46,331 nt of DNA. Source: a virus. Taxonomy: Duplodnaviria > Caudoviricetes. The DNA lies in IMG/VR virus record IMGVR_UViG_3300030433_002227, positions 1-46,331 of that record. One strand, 5' to 3'. A program made the translations under genes and the position numbers. Below, one piece after another: positions 45,151 through 46,331 of the stretch; the first letter of the stretch is position 1; the number at the start of each line of letters is the position of its first letter. The notes under the pieces are model-generated. The model searched no databases and had not been told where the DNA came from. It saw only the letters and a program-made list of their open reading frames with translations.

Positions 45151-45531
45151 TCAATCTTCCTTTTTAGGTCTACCTCTTTTTTTGAGTGTGGCTTTGTATC
45201 TCTCTTCCCACCTCAATCGTGTTTCTTTTTCTACTTGCAGATCAGTTTTTAAATCTGCTATTTGCCTTTTCACAAAATTGACAGTTTCTAACAAATTTGT
45301 GTTCTGTTGCTCAAACGCATCTTTATTTGATGATACCGCCTGTAGAGTAGCTTGCGCTTCTTTTACTTGTTCTTGTTGTTTTTCAAACAATACTTTTGCT
45401 TCTTCAAATTCTTTTATCTGTTGTGAAGCAATTCTTAATTTTGCTTGTGCCTCAATATATCTTCCTAATAACTCCCCCAAATACTGTTCGTGACTTGCTA
45501 CCATAGCAGTTAGCATGGTGTGATTGTCCAT
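45151..45531 (-). CDS. Coiled-coil protein, possibly a fibre chaperone
   Basis: Heptad-rich; ends KKRGRPKK; between two fibre genes. Confidence 0.65.
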   Translation of the reverse strand: MDNHTMLTAMVASHEQYLGELLGRYIEAQAKLRIASQQIKEFEEAKVLFEKQQEQVKEAQATLQAVSSNKDAFEQQNTNLLETVNFVKRQIADLKTDLQVEKETRLRWEERYKATLKKRGRPKKED

Positions 45532-45532
45532 T

Positions 45533-46287
45533 TTAGTAAGTGCCTCCATCTATTGTTTTATTATCTAATGTTTGAGTATGATTGGCAAAAACAAAAGTAT
45601 CTCCTGCCCCTAGCAATGGCAATGTCACAGTTCTATCTGCCGCCAATTCAGAAACTGCGAAAACATATTGATGATTTGCACTTGTATCATTTATTTGTGG
45701 GGTCGTAAGAACAGGGCTTGTAAGAGTTTTATTAGTTAATGTTTGCGTATCACTTGTGCCAACAATATCTCCTGATGGAGCGTGTTGCCCATCTAATAAA
45801 TCAGCATTGAGGTTTGATACGGCTGTGGTAGAAGCTATGACAAACGGTGCTGTGCCTGTAGAAAGTGTAGATGTAATCTGGCTTGATGCAGATATTGTAG
45901 CGGTATTGACTTGAGAATTTATATGAAGATTTCCAAACTTGAGTGATGATGTTCCTAAATCTTGACCTGCATTTGTCGCAGGTTTTAACTCTGTTGCAGT
46001 AAGTTGCAATTCGTCAGAACCACCAACCTTGAAATCAATCCGATCATCTGTATCTGCTGTAATTGACGTATCAGCATCTGCATCAAGAATTAACTCATTA
46101 CCATTCATATCCAGACTAGTGGCTATCGTAGCGGCTGTAATTGTTGGTGAACCTGCAAGATTACCTTCAATGTTTGCCTTTAATGTTTGTTTGTTGAATC
46201 CTGTTCCACTTGTATTTACTGTGGTTGTTGGCTCTGCTTGCAATCCATCAAATAAAACAAACTTGCCTGAGTCATCTGCATCTCTGG
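45533..46287 (-). CDS. 3' part of the junction-spanning virion fibre protein
   Basis: Thr/Gly/Asp-rich beta-fibre composition, TQTLTNKTL repeats, ends IDGGTY. Confidence 0.85.
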
Positions 46288-46330
46288 CTATACCTGCAAA
46301 CTTGGTTGTTGCTGATTCTACATATTTGCC
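46288..46330. repeat. Terminal direct repeat, copy 2
   Basis: Identical to 1-43; an ORF reads in frame across the join. Confidence 0.95.
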
Positions 46331-46331
46331 T

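Noticed and set aside
1041-45708. Antisense and nested ORFs in the track (e.g. 1041-1469, 2556-3128, 5114-5470, 29679-30113, 45125-45493)
   Set aside because: Shadows of well-supported genes, with no RBS or recognisable motifs.
1-46331. tRNA genes or stop-codon reassignment
   Set aside because: No cloverleaf or T-loop motif seen in the few intergenic gaps; genes are intact under the standard code with all three stops used.

Overview
The window appears to be a complete, circularly assembled genome of about 46.29 kb. Bases 1-43 repeat at 46288-46330 and a fibre gene reads in frame across the join. It is an AT-rich siphovirus with an HK97-type head and a GTA/lambda-like tail, probably infecting a marine alphaproteobacterium (inference). 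The minus strand carries the packaging, head, tail and lysis genes, a lambda-O-like initiator with internal iterons, and a T7 gp4/Twinkle-like primase-helicase. Plus-strand islands carry small early genes, recombination genes, a DenV-like glycosylase, an amidoligase plus gamma-glutamylcyclotransferase, a SleB hydrolase and a 2OG-Fe(II) oxygenase. I recognised no integrase, DNA polymerase, tRNA or CRISPR array. Main observations: (1) a six-gene, terminase-coupled candidate DNA-modification operon (ParB, AdoMet decarboxylase fused to an unknown domain, amino-MTase, IbrA-like PAPS reductase, class I SAM transferase, IbrB-like ParB); (2) apparently complete avoidance of CCNGG (no Pro-Gly dipeptide found in any protein) and of GCWGC; (3) five early promoters sharing a 16-bp operator over the -35 box, with downstream genes sharing a GGAG-A-rich-ATG ribosome-binding site; (4) several structured non-coding elements, including two promoter-and-terminator-bounded sRNA candidates complementary to that RBS. 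All calls come from manual reading and motif recognition; no database searches were run.
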